Assembly (NCBI GenBank): GCA_964243125.1
Contig: CAXTEP010000002.1
Location: forward strand, 2,655-63,696
From: an uncultured Lichenihabitans sp.
Lineage (GTDB): Bacteria; Pseudomonadota; Alphaproteobacteria; Rhizobiales; Beijerinckiaceae
Length of the DNA stretch: 61,042 nucleotides
Direction: 5' to 3'
The first letter of the stretch is position 1. Each line of letters opens with the position of its first letter. This document shows, one piece after another, positions 9,470 through 18,381 of this stretch. A program made the position numbers and the translations under genes. The notes below the pieces were generated by a model that did no database searches, was not told the origin of the DNA, and was given only the letters and a program-made list of their open reading frames with translations.

Positions 9470-10698
9470 GACGTCAGAGGCTCTCCGAAGGCGGCGGTGC
9501 AGCGATTGGCCGGCGACGCGAGACCCGGCACCAGCGGCAAGGCGAGGGCGCACAGGGCCGCCATGGCCCAGAAGGCATGCAGGCCGAACCATTTGTAGAG
9601 ATACCCGGACCCGACGGTCATCATGGCCGAGGCGAAGCCGAGCGCGAAGGTGCCGTAGAGCGTCTGGGCCGTGGCCGACAGGCGCTCGGGGACGTGGGCG
9701 GCAATCAGCCCCATGGCGGCCAGGTGCAGGAGCGCGAAGGTCAGGCCGTGCAGGGCCTGCACGGCCACCAGGGCCGGCACGGCCGTGCTCCATCCCAGCA
9801 CGGTCCAGCGGACCACGCCGGCCCCGGCCGACAGCCCGGCGGCCCGGGCCGGGCCCAGGCGGGCGATCAGCCACGGGCCGACCAGGAAGAAGACCACGAC
9901 CTCGGCCACGACCGACTCGGACCACAGCAGGCTGACCGTGCCGCTGCCGTAGCCGGCCGCGCGCCAGTTGATGACCGCGAAGCCGTCGTTCATGGCGTGG
10001 CTGCCGATCACCAGCACGACAACGAACAGCAGCCGGCGGTAGACCGGCACGGCCCATAGCGTCCGGAACGCCGCGGCCGCGGTCGCCTCGACGGCTTGGC
10101 GGGGCTCGGGCCGCGTGCCGAGGCCCAGTGCGCAGAGCGCCATGGCGAGAAAGAAGGCGCTGCTCGCCACGATGATGCAGGACAGGCCGAAGCGGTCCAC
10201 GAGTTGTCCCGACAGCAGGGTCCCGGCCACGAAGGCCGACGAGCCGGCCCCGCGGACCCATCCGTACTGGAAGTTGCGCCCCTCCTCCGAAGCCGACACC
10301 GCGAGCGCGTCCGACACGGGGGCCAGCGACGCGGTCGCGGCCGCGTGCGCCATGCTGACCCCGAGCAGCGGCAGGGTGCCGAAGGCGAGCAGGTACGCGG
10401 AGCCGATCACGCCCGAGGCCCCGGCGGCGGTCGCCAGCACGAGGCGCCGCGCCTGCACGCGATCGGCCAAACGGCCCGCCGCCGGACCGGCCACGATCCT
10501 GACCACCGTGCCGGCCGCCAGCACGAGCCCGACGGTTTCCACCGGCAGGCCGTGGGCGTTCAGGAAAGCCGGCATGTAGGCCGACTCGGTCCCGTAGGCG
10601 AGGTACAGGGCCGCGTAGAGCAGCAGGTAGCCGGGCAGCGCGCCGCCCCGGGCGGGCAGATGCGGCGCTGCATCCGGCCGGACGGGGGCGGCGCTCAC
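9466..10698 (-). CDS. MFS transporter (HcaT/MFS_1-like)
   Basis: About 12 hydrophobic segments; YGWVRGAGSSAF, QALHGLTFALLH; GTG overlaps the upstream MFS stop. Confidence 0.85.
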   Translation of the reverse strand: MSAAPVRPDAAPHLPARGGALPGYLLLYAALYLAYGTESAYMPAFLNAHGLPVETVGLVLAAGTVVRIVAGPAAGRLADRVQARRLVLATAAGASGVIGSAYLLAFGTLPLLGVSMAHAAATASLAPVSDALAVSASEEGRNFQYGWVRGAGSSAFVAGTLLSGQLVDRFGLSCIIVASSAFFLAMALCALGLGTRPEPRQAVEATAAAAFRTLWAVPVYRRLLFVVVLVIGSHAMNDGFAVINWRAAGYGSGTVSLLWSESVVAEVVVFFLVGPWLIARLGPARAAGLSAGAGVVRWTVLGWSTAVPALVAVQALHGLTFALLHLAAMGLIAAHVPERLSATAQTLYGTFALGFASAMMTVGSGYLYKWFGLHAFWAMAALCALALPLVPGLASPANRCTAAFGEPLTS

Positions 10699-11909
10699 GC
10701 GGCCTGATCCGAGGATCGCAGCGCCGCCGCGGCGGCATCCGCCTCGAACCCGGCCACGGAGCGCTGGCCGAAGATCCACACCGCCAAGCCGATCGCCGCG
10801 ATGCTGCCGAGCATCAGGAACGCCGCCGGAAACCCGAGCGTTTGCGCCACGAGGCCCGTCAGGGCGGGGCTGAGGGTCGCGCCGGCCCCGTAGGCCATCA
10901 TGACGCCACCCAGGCCCGCCCCGGCATGGCCCGAATCCGCCATGGCGTCGGCCACCAGGGCGGGAATCGCGACCCCGGCCAGGCCCATGGCCAAGCCTTC
11001 CAGCACCTGCACCACGGCCACGCAGGCCACCGAACCGCTCCAGGCCGCCAGTGCCGCCCGGACCACCACGAGCCCCAGGGCCAAGCTCAGCACCGCGGGG
11101 CTGCCGAGGCGGGCGCGAAGGCGAGGCACCAGTACCGAGGCGCCGATCATCGAGACCTGGGCCCCCACCGTCATGAGACCCGTGGTCAGGCTCGGGTCGC
11201 GGCCCGCCGACGTGAGGGCCTGGGCGATGAAGGGCAGCATGGCGCCGTTCGCGGTCTCGAACGCGAAGACGGTGCCGGCCAGGAGCAGCAGCGGCTTGCT
11301 TTCCCACAGGACCGCCCAGGCAGGTTTGGACCCCCCTTTGCCGCCCCGGGCCGTTTCATGGTCGATCTTGCGCGGGTCGATCAGCAGCATGACGGCGCTG
11401 GTGGCCACCGCCATGACGGCGATCGCGAGCGCCACGGTGCCGAGCCCCAGCCAATAGCCCAGCAGCGCCGCCAGCGCCGCGTTGACGGCGTTCCCGGCGT
11501 GGTTGAAGGCCTCGTTGCGGGCGACGCGGTCTGCGTACAGGTCCCGTCCGACGATGCCCAGGGTCAGGCCGGCCACGAGCGGCGCCAGGCTGCCGTCCGC
11601 GATGCCGATGACGATCTGGCCCGCCGCCACGATCCAGAGCTGTTTCGACAGGACGATCAGCCCGGCCCCGATCGCGATGGCCAGAACCGCCGCCACCACG
11701 GCGGCGCGCTTGGCCGTGATCCTGTCGACCAGGGCTCCCAGGAGCGGGGCCGCGGCCACGCCCGCCAATCCGGCGAGACTCATGGCGAAACCGGTCCGTG
11801 CCGGATCAAAGCCCTGGTGCTGGAGGTAGACGCCGAGGAACGGCCCAAAACCCTCCCGCGCGCCCGCGAGGGTGAAGTTGAACGCATCGAGGCCGAATGC
11901 AGGGTTCAT
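10695..11909 (-). CDS. MFS transporter
   Basis: LDAFNFTLAGAREGFGPFLGVYL, GALVDR motif A, RVARNEAFNHAGN; about 12 TM segments; start 11909 (ATG) or 11963. Confidence 0.85.
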   Translation of the reverse strand: MNPAFGLDAFNFTLAGAREGFGPFLGVYLQHQGFDPARTGFAMSLAGLAGVAAAPLLGALVDRITAKRAAVVAAVLAIAIGAGLIVLSKQLWIVAAGQIVIGIADGSLAPLVAGLTLGIVGRDLYADRVARNEAFNHAGNAVNAALAALLGYWLGLGTVALAIAVMAVATSAVMLLIDPRKIDHETARGGKGGSKPAWAVLWESKPLLLLAGTVFAFETANGAMLPFIAQALTSAGRDPSLTTGLMTVGAQVSMIGASVLVPRLRARLGSPAVLSLALGLVVVRAALAAWSGSVACVAVVQVLEGLAMGLAGVAIPALVADAMADSGHAGAGLGGVMMAYGAGATLSPALTGLVAQTLGFPAAFLMLGSIAAIGLAVWIFGQRSVAGFEADAAAAALRSSDQAA

Positions 11910-12021
11910 CACCGTCCGTACGTGGCCGGGCAGCACGCGCGCCCTGAGAAGCGATCCGGTCACCGCATGCCGGTAGCAATCCGGCAGGGGCCGCGATGGA
12001 TCAAAAACCGCACTGCGACCT

Positions 12022-12046
12022 ATCGTCGGCGGTCGGAAGCGGTCCC
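12022..12046 (-). promoter_or_regulatory. Possible EcfG-like promoter of the MFS-led operon
   Basis: Minus strand GGGAC-N16-CGAT (two mismatches to GGAAC-N16/17-CGTT). Confidence 0.25.
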
Positions 12047-12062
12047 GTCCCGCGAGACGCGG

Positions 12063-12791
12063 TCAGTCCGTTGCCGGAAGATCGCCGTCGTGCTTCCGGC
12101 CCCGGGCGACGATCGTCAACGCGCCGTCCGGGAGCGGCCGCTGCAGCGCCAGGGCCCGGGATGCTGGCTCCGTCATCCACCGGTCGACCTCATCGGCCGT
12201 GGTCAGGATCACCGGCATGGCCTTGGGGTGGACCGCGCCGACCTCGGCGTTGGGCTCCGTGGTCAGGAAGCCGAACAGGTCGTTGGTGGTTTCGCCTTCT
12301 CGCACCTTTCGGACCGAGGTCCAGCGCGTCCAGATCCCGGCCAGGAAGGCCAGCGGGCGGCTGTCGTCGAGCGCGAACCAGATGTCGCCGCCGGCGTCGC
12401 GGTTGAATTCGCTGAACGACGTGAACGGCACGACGCAGCGGTGCTCGGGCCCGAGCCAGCGGCGCCAGTGCGCCGAAGCGGTGTTGCGGATGTTGGTGGT
12501 GCCGCCGTCCGGCTCCATCCGGACCAGCGCGGGCAGGTCGACGGACCTGCCCTTGGCCTGCAGGGCCCGCGCGCGCTTGCCCGCCGCTTCCGCGATCGCC
12601 CTTTGCGACGACGGCATGCCCCATCGGGCCAGGGTCAGTTCGCGTCCCGCCGCGGTGTTGCGCACCACCGGGGCCATGGCGTCGGGGAAGATGGCGGGCT
12701 GCGGCGGCAGGTTGCCGGTGCGGTCGATCATCGCTTCCGTGAACTCGCGGATCGCCTGCTGGCCTTTGGTGAGGGAGTAAAGGTTGCACAT
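12063..12791 (-). CDS. SOS response-associated peptidase (SRAP/YedK/HMCES family, abasic-site crosslinking protein)
   Basis: N-terminal MCNLY (Cys2), ARWGMP, TNIRN, RCVVPFTSFSE, FLTTEPN, VHPKAMPVIL. Confidence 0.9.
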   Translation of the reverse strand: MCNLYSLTKGQQAIREFTEAMIDRTGNLPPQPAIFPDAMAPVVRNTAAGRELTLARWGMPSSQRAIAEAAGKRARALQAKGRSVDLPALVRMEPDGGTTNIRNTASAHWRRWLGPEHRCVVPFTSFSEFNRDAGGDIWFALDDSRPLAFLAGIWTRWTSVRKVREGETTNDLFGFLTTEPNAEVGAVHPKAMPVILTTADEVDRWMTEPASRALALQRPLPDGALTIVARGRKHDGDLPATD

Positions 12792-12837
12792 GGAAGGACC
12801 CTTAAGCGAGGCGGCGGCCGGCCGTCCACGGCCCGCG

Positions 12838-12867
12838 TTGACAGCCTGTCACACCCGCCCCTATGGT
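12838..12867 (+). promoter_or_regulatory. Sigma70-type promoter for the riboswitch-cbtBA transcript
   Basis: TTGACA (12838-12843)-N18-TATGGT (12862-12867) directly upstream of the riboswitch. Confidence 0.55.
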
Positions 12868-12875
12868 CCGGGCGC

Positions 12876-12985
12876 ATTGTCATGGGGTGCGGAAACCGGT
12901 GGGATCCCGGTACGGTCGCGCCACTGTGAACGCCTCGGCGCCCCGGCGCCGGCGCGTGAGTCAGACCCCCCTCGTGATCAGGCAG
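12876..12985 (+). ncRNA. Cobalamin riboswitch (compact form)
   Basis: GGAA-ACCGG-TGGGATC-CCGGT hairpin, GCCACTG and GAGTCAGACC (B12-box-like) elements, upstream of cbtB; ends approximate. Confidence 0.82.
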
Positions 12986-13022
12986 ACCTCGAACGGGACG
13001 CGAAATCCCCAGGAGTTTGATC

Positions 13023-13232
13023 ATGACCTCGGTCGCGTTTGCGCCCTCCGCGAAGCCGGCGGCGATCCCCGTCCGCCAAACCCTGCCGTGGCTCGTCTTC
13101 GCCGGCCTGCTGCTGATGCTGGCACTCTATTTCGTCGGCGCCGAGGAGGGCGCGACGTCGCTGATCAAGGGCATGGCGGTGCACGAGTTCGTGCACGACG
13201 GCCGCCACCTGCTCGGCTTCCCCTGCCATTGA
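13023..13232 (+). CDS. cbtB: Cobalt transporter subunit CbtB
   Basis: Single TM helix plus VHEFVHDGRHLLGFPCH C-terminus; AGGAG RBS. Confidence 0.92.
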   Translation: MTSVAFAPSAKPAAIPVRQTLPWLVFAGLLLMLALYFVGAEEGATSLIKGMAVHEFVHDGRHLLGFPCH

Positions 13233-13248
13233 GACGAGGGGTGCCGCC

Positions 13249-14043
13249 ATGGTCGGAAAGCTGCTGCTCCGCGGGATGCTGGTGGGCATCGTGGCGGGAC
13301 TCCTGTCGTTCGCGTTCCTGAAGATCGTCGGCGAACCGCAGGTGGACCGCGCCATCGCGTTTGAAACCAGGATGGACGACGCGAACGCCAGGGCGGCGGC
13401 CGCAGACGCCGAGGCCAAGGGATTGCCGAGGCCGGCCGAGGCCGCCGATGACGAGATCGTCAGCCGGCCGACCCAGGCCGGCATCGGCCTGCTCACCGGG
13501 GTCGGGGTCTACAACGTGGCGTTCGGCGGGCTGTTCGCCCTCGCGTTCGCCCTGGCGTACGGCCGCATGGGATCGTTCGACCCGAGGACCACGTCGGCCT
13601 TGCTGGCCGCCATGGGTTTCGTCGCGGTCTACCTGGTGCCCACCCTCAAATACCCGGCCAACCCGCCTTCGGTCGGCGATCCGGACACGATCGGGCTCCG
13701 CACCGGCCTCTACTTCAGCATGATCCTGGTGTCGCTGATCGCCGCGGTGGCGGCCGGCAAGCTGCGGGGCGCACTCCTCGACCGCTTCGGGGCGTGGAAC
13801 GCGACGGTGGCGGCGGCCGCGTTCTACCTGTTCGCCGTGCTGGCCGCGGCCGTGCTCACGCCGGGCATCGACGAGGTGCCCGAGGCGTTCCCGGCCGTCG
13901 TTCTTTGGCGGTTCCGGATCGCGTCGCTGGGTGCCCAGGCCATCATGTGGACCACCATCGGGCTGATCTTCGGGGTTCTGGCCGAGCGCCTGCTGGCGCC
14001 GCGGAACCTCGGTGTCGGAGCGGGCCGCAAGGCGGTCGCGTGA
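13249..14043 (+). CDS. cbtA: Cobalt transporter subunit CbtA
   Basis: GEPQVDRAIAFE, LKYPANPPSVGDPDTIGLRT, FPAVVLWRFRIAS; follows cbtB. Confidence 0.9.
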   Translation: MVGKLLLRGMLVGIVAGLLSFAFLKIVGEPQVDRAIAFETRMDDANARAAAADAEAKGLPRPAEAADDEIVSRPTQAGIGLLTGVGVYNVAFGGLFALAFALAYGRMGSFDPRTTSALLAAMGFVAVYLVPTLKYPANPPSVGDPDTIGLRTGLYFSMILVSLIAAVAAGKLRGALLDRFGAWNATVAAAAFYLFAVLAAAVLTPGIDEVPEAFPAVVLWRFRIASLGAQAIMWTTIGLIFGVLAERLLAPRNLGVGAGRKAVA

Positions 14044-14151
14044 ACCGGCGCGCGATTGCGGCCGACGGGGCAAGCAGCTGCGCGCCGGCCGCCCGGATGC
14101 AGCCGGCCTCGGGCTGAGCCGCGACCTCGCCCCGCCCCGGCCCGCGCCAGC

Positions 14152-17100
14152 CTACTCGGGCGTCGTCCCGGTCGCCTCGGCGTCGCCCGGTCCGGTGGCG
14201 CGGTCGCGCGTGGTGTCCTGGGCGCCGCCGCCGCCCTGCGCCGCACTGTCGATCGCCCCAAAAATCTTGCGGAAGATGCCTGGCGCCAGTGCCGACAGCG
14301 GGTCGAAATGGAAGATCGGCGCGCTTGCCGAGCCGTCGATGCGGTAGTTGACCGCGAACAGCCCTTCGTGCTGGCCGCCGCCCAGGATGACGCCCACCAC
14401 GGGGATCTGCGAGAACAGGTTGTTGAGGCCGTAGACCGGCACGAAGGTGCCGCTGAGGTCCACCCTGTCGCGCGCGAAATCGATCGCTCCTTCGACCGTG
14501 GCGCCGACCTGCGGCCCGAACATCGAGCCTTCCCGCACCGTGACCTTGTTGCCCACGCGGGAAAAGCTGGCTTCGAGCTTGCTGAACGGCACGGCCGACG
14601 AGGTGATCCGCGCCTTGGCGTTGCGGCTGTCGCTCGGGATCTCCTCCTCGGCCAGCTTCTTGATGGCCGGGTCCTCCTTGATGGTGAAGTCGTGGATCGT
14701 GGCGGTGCCGTCCAGCCGCGCGTCGGCCACGCGCAAGGTGGCGTCCAGCCGCCCGCCGTCCATGCGCTTGTAGAGGTCGAGGAACAGCAGCGCCGCCCCG
14801 GCGTCCTTGGCCTGGATCACGACCGGGGCGTCGGCGCCCTGGGCCACCGTGTTGACGGTGACGGAGCCGCGCCCGAGCCGCCCGGTCAGTTGCACCCGAC
14901 GGATCTGCCCGGCCTTCCGCGACAGCCGCAGGTCGGCATTGGCCAGCACCTGGCCGTTCTGCCCGCTGAGCAGGTTGGTGTGCAGATCCAGGTTCAGGTC
15001 CTTGCCCGGCGTCGCGTCGGACCCCGCGTCGCCGGTCCCGAAAGCCTTCAGGAAGGGGCGCGCATCGATGTTGGTGCCCCGCACGGTCAGCCTGAGGCCG
15101 TCCGCCGCCTGCTCGGCCTCGACCTTCATGTCGTCGCCCGGCGACAAGCGGAGCTGGCTCAGCTTGGCGCCGCGGAAGGTGCCGCTCCCGTCCAGTTCGG
15201 CCGAGCCGCGGATCGCCGCGGTGCCGCTGTCGAAGGCGATCTGTTCCAGCAGGATCTGGTTGGCACCCTGCACCACGGTCAGGGCCGCCTTGGCGGGCCG
15301 GCCGGCGTTCTTCTTCAACCCCGGCAGGGGCGCGTCGAAGGCGGCCCTGGTGAAGTCGACGTCGACCGCGGCCCTGCTCTTCTCGCCGGACGAGAACGAC
15401 GTCGTGATGCGCGCCGACACCGGCCCCGTGAGGGTCCTGCCGAACGTCATCCCGGCCTTGGCCCGGGCCGCGTCGTCGAGCGTCACGGTCACCACGGCCT
15501 CGCTGGGCGCCCCGCCCGCGGGCTTGCGCAGGTCGACCGTCGCGGGCGCCCCGTACATGGAGCCGTCGCCCTTGGCGTGCAGGCCGTTCCGGTCGGCCAC
15601 GATCGACATGTCGGCCCCGGCCAGGGGTTCCTTGCCGATCACCTTGTCGGCGGAGAAGTTCTTCACGGCCGCCGCGACCCCCACCTTGGTCTCGTTGGCC
15701 GGATCATGGCCGCCGAGCAGGAGGTTAACGGTCAGGCGGCCGTCCACGTCGCCCCGCACCGCGGACGCGTCGATGGGCAGGTTGGCGTAGGGCTTGAGGG
15801 CGTCGCGCGACAGCAGGTCAGCCACGGCGTCGATGCGGCCCGTCATGCGCATCGCCACCGTGGCGGGCGTCGGCTTGGGGTCGGAACTCGGCACCGTGAA
15901 CGAGCCCTCGCTCATCGCCAGCACGCGGCCGGGCGCCACCTCCAGCTCGCCCTTGCCGGCCGTGAACGTCACGGTGTCGCCGGTGATCACGCCCGTTCCG
16001 TCGATGCCCTTGAGCGGCGGCAGCCCGTCCATGAAGCTGATCGCCAGGTTCGACACGGCGAAGTCGATGCGGGAATGGTCGTCCGGCACGGAGTGCTGGT
16101 TGCGCATGAGGTCGAGATCGGCGTCGGTCAGGGCGAAACGGCCGCGGCCGTATTCCAGCGTTCCGCCCCGCATGTTGGCCAGAAGCCAGGCCCGCGGCGG
16201 CGTCGCGACCCAGTTGGGCCACAGCCGCAGCAGGGTGGCGCCCGGCACCCGGCCGACCGTCATGCTGCTGGTGATCAGGAAGCCGCCGTCCGCGTGGCCC
16301 TGCCACACCGCGTCGGTCTTGAAGGCAACGTCGGGCCCGTTGACGTGGAAATCCTTGACGTCGAACCGGCTGGCCGAAGGCAGCACCGCCATGTCGAAAC
16401 CGACATCGTTCAGCGGGATGGGCTTCTCGCCCGGCCGCTCCGTCCCGAACACGCCGTCGGCCCTGCCCAGGATGCGCCAGGGGTCTCCGGCGGCGGCCGG
16501 CGGCGCGGCGTCGAGGTCGAACCGGAACACGGTGTCGCCGGCCCGCAGTTCACCCCCATGCAGCGCCAGGGCGCCGCTCGCCGGGTCGACGTGGACCGGC
16601 GCCCTGATGGCGTCCACCATGGCGGGCTCGTGGTCGGGGTCGTCGAGGTGGAAATAGCCGGCCGCGAAGCTCAGGTAGCCGTCGGCGCTGGCGAGCCGGC
16701 CCGTCGGGGACACGCCCACGTCGAGGTTCGCGGACAGCGGCATGTCGGTGTCCACGCCGATGCGGCGGAGGCCGCCGGCCAGCATCAGCTCGTCCATGGA
16801 CAGGTGGTCGGCCGTCAGGCGGGCGATCCTGGACCCGTCCGGGGCCTTGCCGATCCGCGCCGAAACCGACCAGTGGCCGGCCGGCCCGTCCGCACCGGCG
16901 GTGACAAACACGACCCCGTCCGGATCGCGGTCGAAGTCCACCGCGAAGTTGCGGTAGGTCGTGGCGGCCCCGCGCAGGCGGTCGTCGACGACCAGCATGC
17001 CCCGCGCGATGCCGAACCGGTCGAGCGCCCGGAACGGGCTGTCGGCCTCGGTGAAGGCATCCACGAGGCCGTTCACCACGGACACGAGCGCCCGGGTGAC

Positions 17101-17718
17101 GACCGGCCCGGGCGCCGGGACGGGACCGGTTTGCGGCGGGGCGGGCGAGGCCGCGCCGTCGGGTGCCGCGGGGGAGGCCGACGCGAAGGCGTTGTTCAGG
17201 GAAATGTCCGACACGCCCTCGGCGCCACCCGCCGTCATGGCGACCTGCCCGTCCGCCTGCCGCACCACGTGCACGACGATGTCCTCGATCTCCAGGCGCT
17301 TGGGCGACACGGTGCCGAACACGAGCGCGACCGGGTCGACCGACACGCCCGCGTGGGGGGCCGCCAGCACGACCCGGCCCGCGCGGTCGGCCATACTGAA
17401 ACGGCTGACGGTCAGGCGGGGGCCGCTGTCGCTCCGCTCCACCACGGTGGAGCCGATCGCGAACGTGTATCCCGTCACCCGCGTTTCCAGCGCGGCCGCG
17501 ATCCGGCCGCCGAGGCCGACATCGATCGGCCCCTTGGTCAGGCGAAGAAAAAGGAACCCGCCCGCGATGATCCCGAGACAAAGGACGCTCGCGCAGAACG
17601 CGAACCCGACCAGGCAGGCTCGCCGCAACCCGATCCGCCGGTCGTGCCCGATGCGGCCGTGCCTCGGGATGCTCAGCGGGGCGGCGTCGTCGGGAACGGG
17701 TTCGAACGGTTCGGCCAA
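14152..17718 (-). CDS. AsmA-like/YhdP-type (DUF3971 + AsmA-like C-terminal) envelope protein
   Basis: About 1190 aa, N-terminal TM followed by LRLTKGPI, beta-rich body, C-terminal GTFVPVYGLNNLFSQIPVVG and PLSALAPGIFRKIF; start uncertain (TTG 17718 chosen; ORF open to 17850). Confidence 0.8.
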   Translation of the reverse strand: MAEPFEPVPDDAAPLSIPRHGRIGHDRRIGLRRACLVGFAFCASVLCLGIIAGGFLFLRLTKGPIDVGLGGRIAAALETRVTGYTFAIGSTVVERSDSGPRLTVSRFSMADRAGRVVLAAPHAGVSVDPVALVFGTVSPKRLEIEDIVVHVVRQADGQVAMTAGGAEGVSDISLNNAFASASPAAPDGAASPAPPQTGPVPAPGPVVTRALVSVVNGLVDAFTEADSPFRALDRFGIARGMLVVDDRLRGAATTYRNFAVDFDRDPDGVVFVTAGADGPAGHWSVSARIGKAPDGSRIARLTADHLSMDELMLAGGLRRIGVDTDMPLSANLDVGVSPTGRLASADGYLSFAAGYFHLDDPDHEPAMVDAIRAPVHVDPASGALALHGGELRAGDTVFRFDLDAAPPAAAGDPWRILGRADGVFGTERPGEKPIPLNDVGFDMAVLPSASRFDVKDFHVNGPDVAFKTDAVWQGHADGGFLITSSMTVGRVPGATLLRLWPNWVATPPRAWLLANMRGGTLEYGRGRFALTDADLDLMRNQHSVPDDHSRIDFAVSNLAISFMDGLPPLKGIDGTGVITGDTVTFTAGKGELEVAPGRVLAMSEGSFTVPSSDPKPTPATVAMRMTGRIDAVADLLSRDALKPYANLPIDASAVRGDVDGRLTVNLLLGGHDPANETKVGVAAAVKNFSADKVIGKEPLAGADMSIVADRNGLHAKGDGSMYGAPATVDLRKPAGGAPSEAVVTVTLDDAARAKAGMTFGRTLTGPVSARITTSFSSGEKSRAAVDVDFTRAAFDAPLPGLKKNAGRPAKAALTVVQGANQILLEQIAFDSGTAAIRGSAELDGSGTFRGAKLSQLRLSPGDDMKVEAEQAADGLRLTVRGTNIDARPFLKAFGTGDAGSDATPGKDLNLDLHTNLLSGQNGQVLANADLRLSRKAGQIRRVQLTGRLGRGSVTVNTVAQGADAPVVIQAKDAGAALLFLDLYKRMDGGRLDATLRVADARLDGTATIHDFTIKEDPAIKKLAEEEIPSDSRNAKARITSSAVPFSKLEASFSRVGNKVTVREGSMFGPQVGATVEGAIDFARDRVDLSGTFVPVYGLNNLFSQIPVVGVILGGGQHEGLFAVNYRIDGSASAPIFHFDPLSALAPGIFRKIFGAIDSAAQGGGGAQDTTRDRATGPGDAEATGTTPE

Positions 17719-17840
17719 ACGGCAAGCACTCTCAACTGCGCACCATGGGCGTTCCGCCCCGCTTCCCGTCCAGCCGGTTGACGCCGGAGCGTCGGTGACG
17801 TTTCTCGGCGTGCCGATCACGGCAAGGAGGAGATCGATCC

Positions 17841-18314
17841 ATGTCCGCAACCCTGAACGTCGGCGACCGAGCCCCCGCCTTCGACCGCGCTCAGACGGGC
17901 GGTGCCTCGTGTTCGCTGCAGTCCCTGTCGGGCCGCAAGGCGGTTCTCTATTTCTACCCCAAGGACGACACCAGCGGCTGCACCAGGGAAGCGATCGACT
18001 TCCACGCGTTGCGCTCCGAATTCGCCGCGGCCGACACGGCCGTGATCGGTGTTTCCCCCGATTCGATCGCCAGCCACGACAAGTTCAAGGCCAAGCACGG
18101 CATCGATGTGCCGCTCGTTTCGGACGAGAGCAAGGCAATGCTGCAGTCTTTCGGGGTCTGGGTCGAAAAAAGCATGTACGGCAAGCGCTATCTCGGGGTC
18201 GAGCGCACCACGTTCCTGCTCGATCCGGAGGGACGGATCGCCCGCATCTGGACCAAGGTGAGCGTGCCGGGCCACGCCCAGGAGGTGCTCGAAGCCGCCA
18301 AGGCGCTGGGCTGA
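17841..18314 (+). CDS. bcp: Thioredoxin-dependent thiol peroxidase Bcp
   Basis: LYFYPKDDTSGCTREA, KSMYGK..GVERTTFL, GHAQEVL; AGGAGGAG RBS. Confidence 0.92.
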   Translation: MSATLNVGDRAPAFDRAQTGGASCSLQSLSGRKAVLYFYPKDDTSGCTREAIDFHALRSEFAAADTAVIGVSPDSIASHDKFKAKHGIDVPLVSDESKAMLQSFGVWVEKSMYGKRYLGVERTTFLLDPEGRIARIWTKVSVPGHAQEVLEAAKALG

Positions 18315-18381
18315 GCGCGCCGCGCTCCGGCGAGGTACCCCGCCCGCGGGCGTCTTTGCGAAGCCTTAACCTTAACCGGGC

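Noticed and set aside
8297-10738. 813-aa ORF suggesting a large fusion with the acyl-CoA dehydrogenase-like domain
   Set aside because: The N-terminal half is an off-frame read of the MFS gene; the real start is the ATG at 9469 overlapping the MFS stop
12792-12837. LexA box upstream of the SRAP gene
   Set aside because: No alphaproteobacterial GTTC-N7-GTTC or GAAC-N7-GAAC repeat found
14056-17781. Very long antisense/alternate-frame ORFs (also 46179-50288, 26198-29050, 18913-21222, 34726-36945, 56856-59291)
   Set aside because: Arg/Gly/Pro-rich shadow frames of real genes, expected from stop-codon scarcity in high-GC DNA; no recognisable motifs
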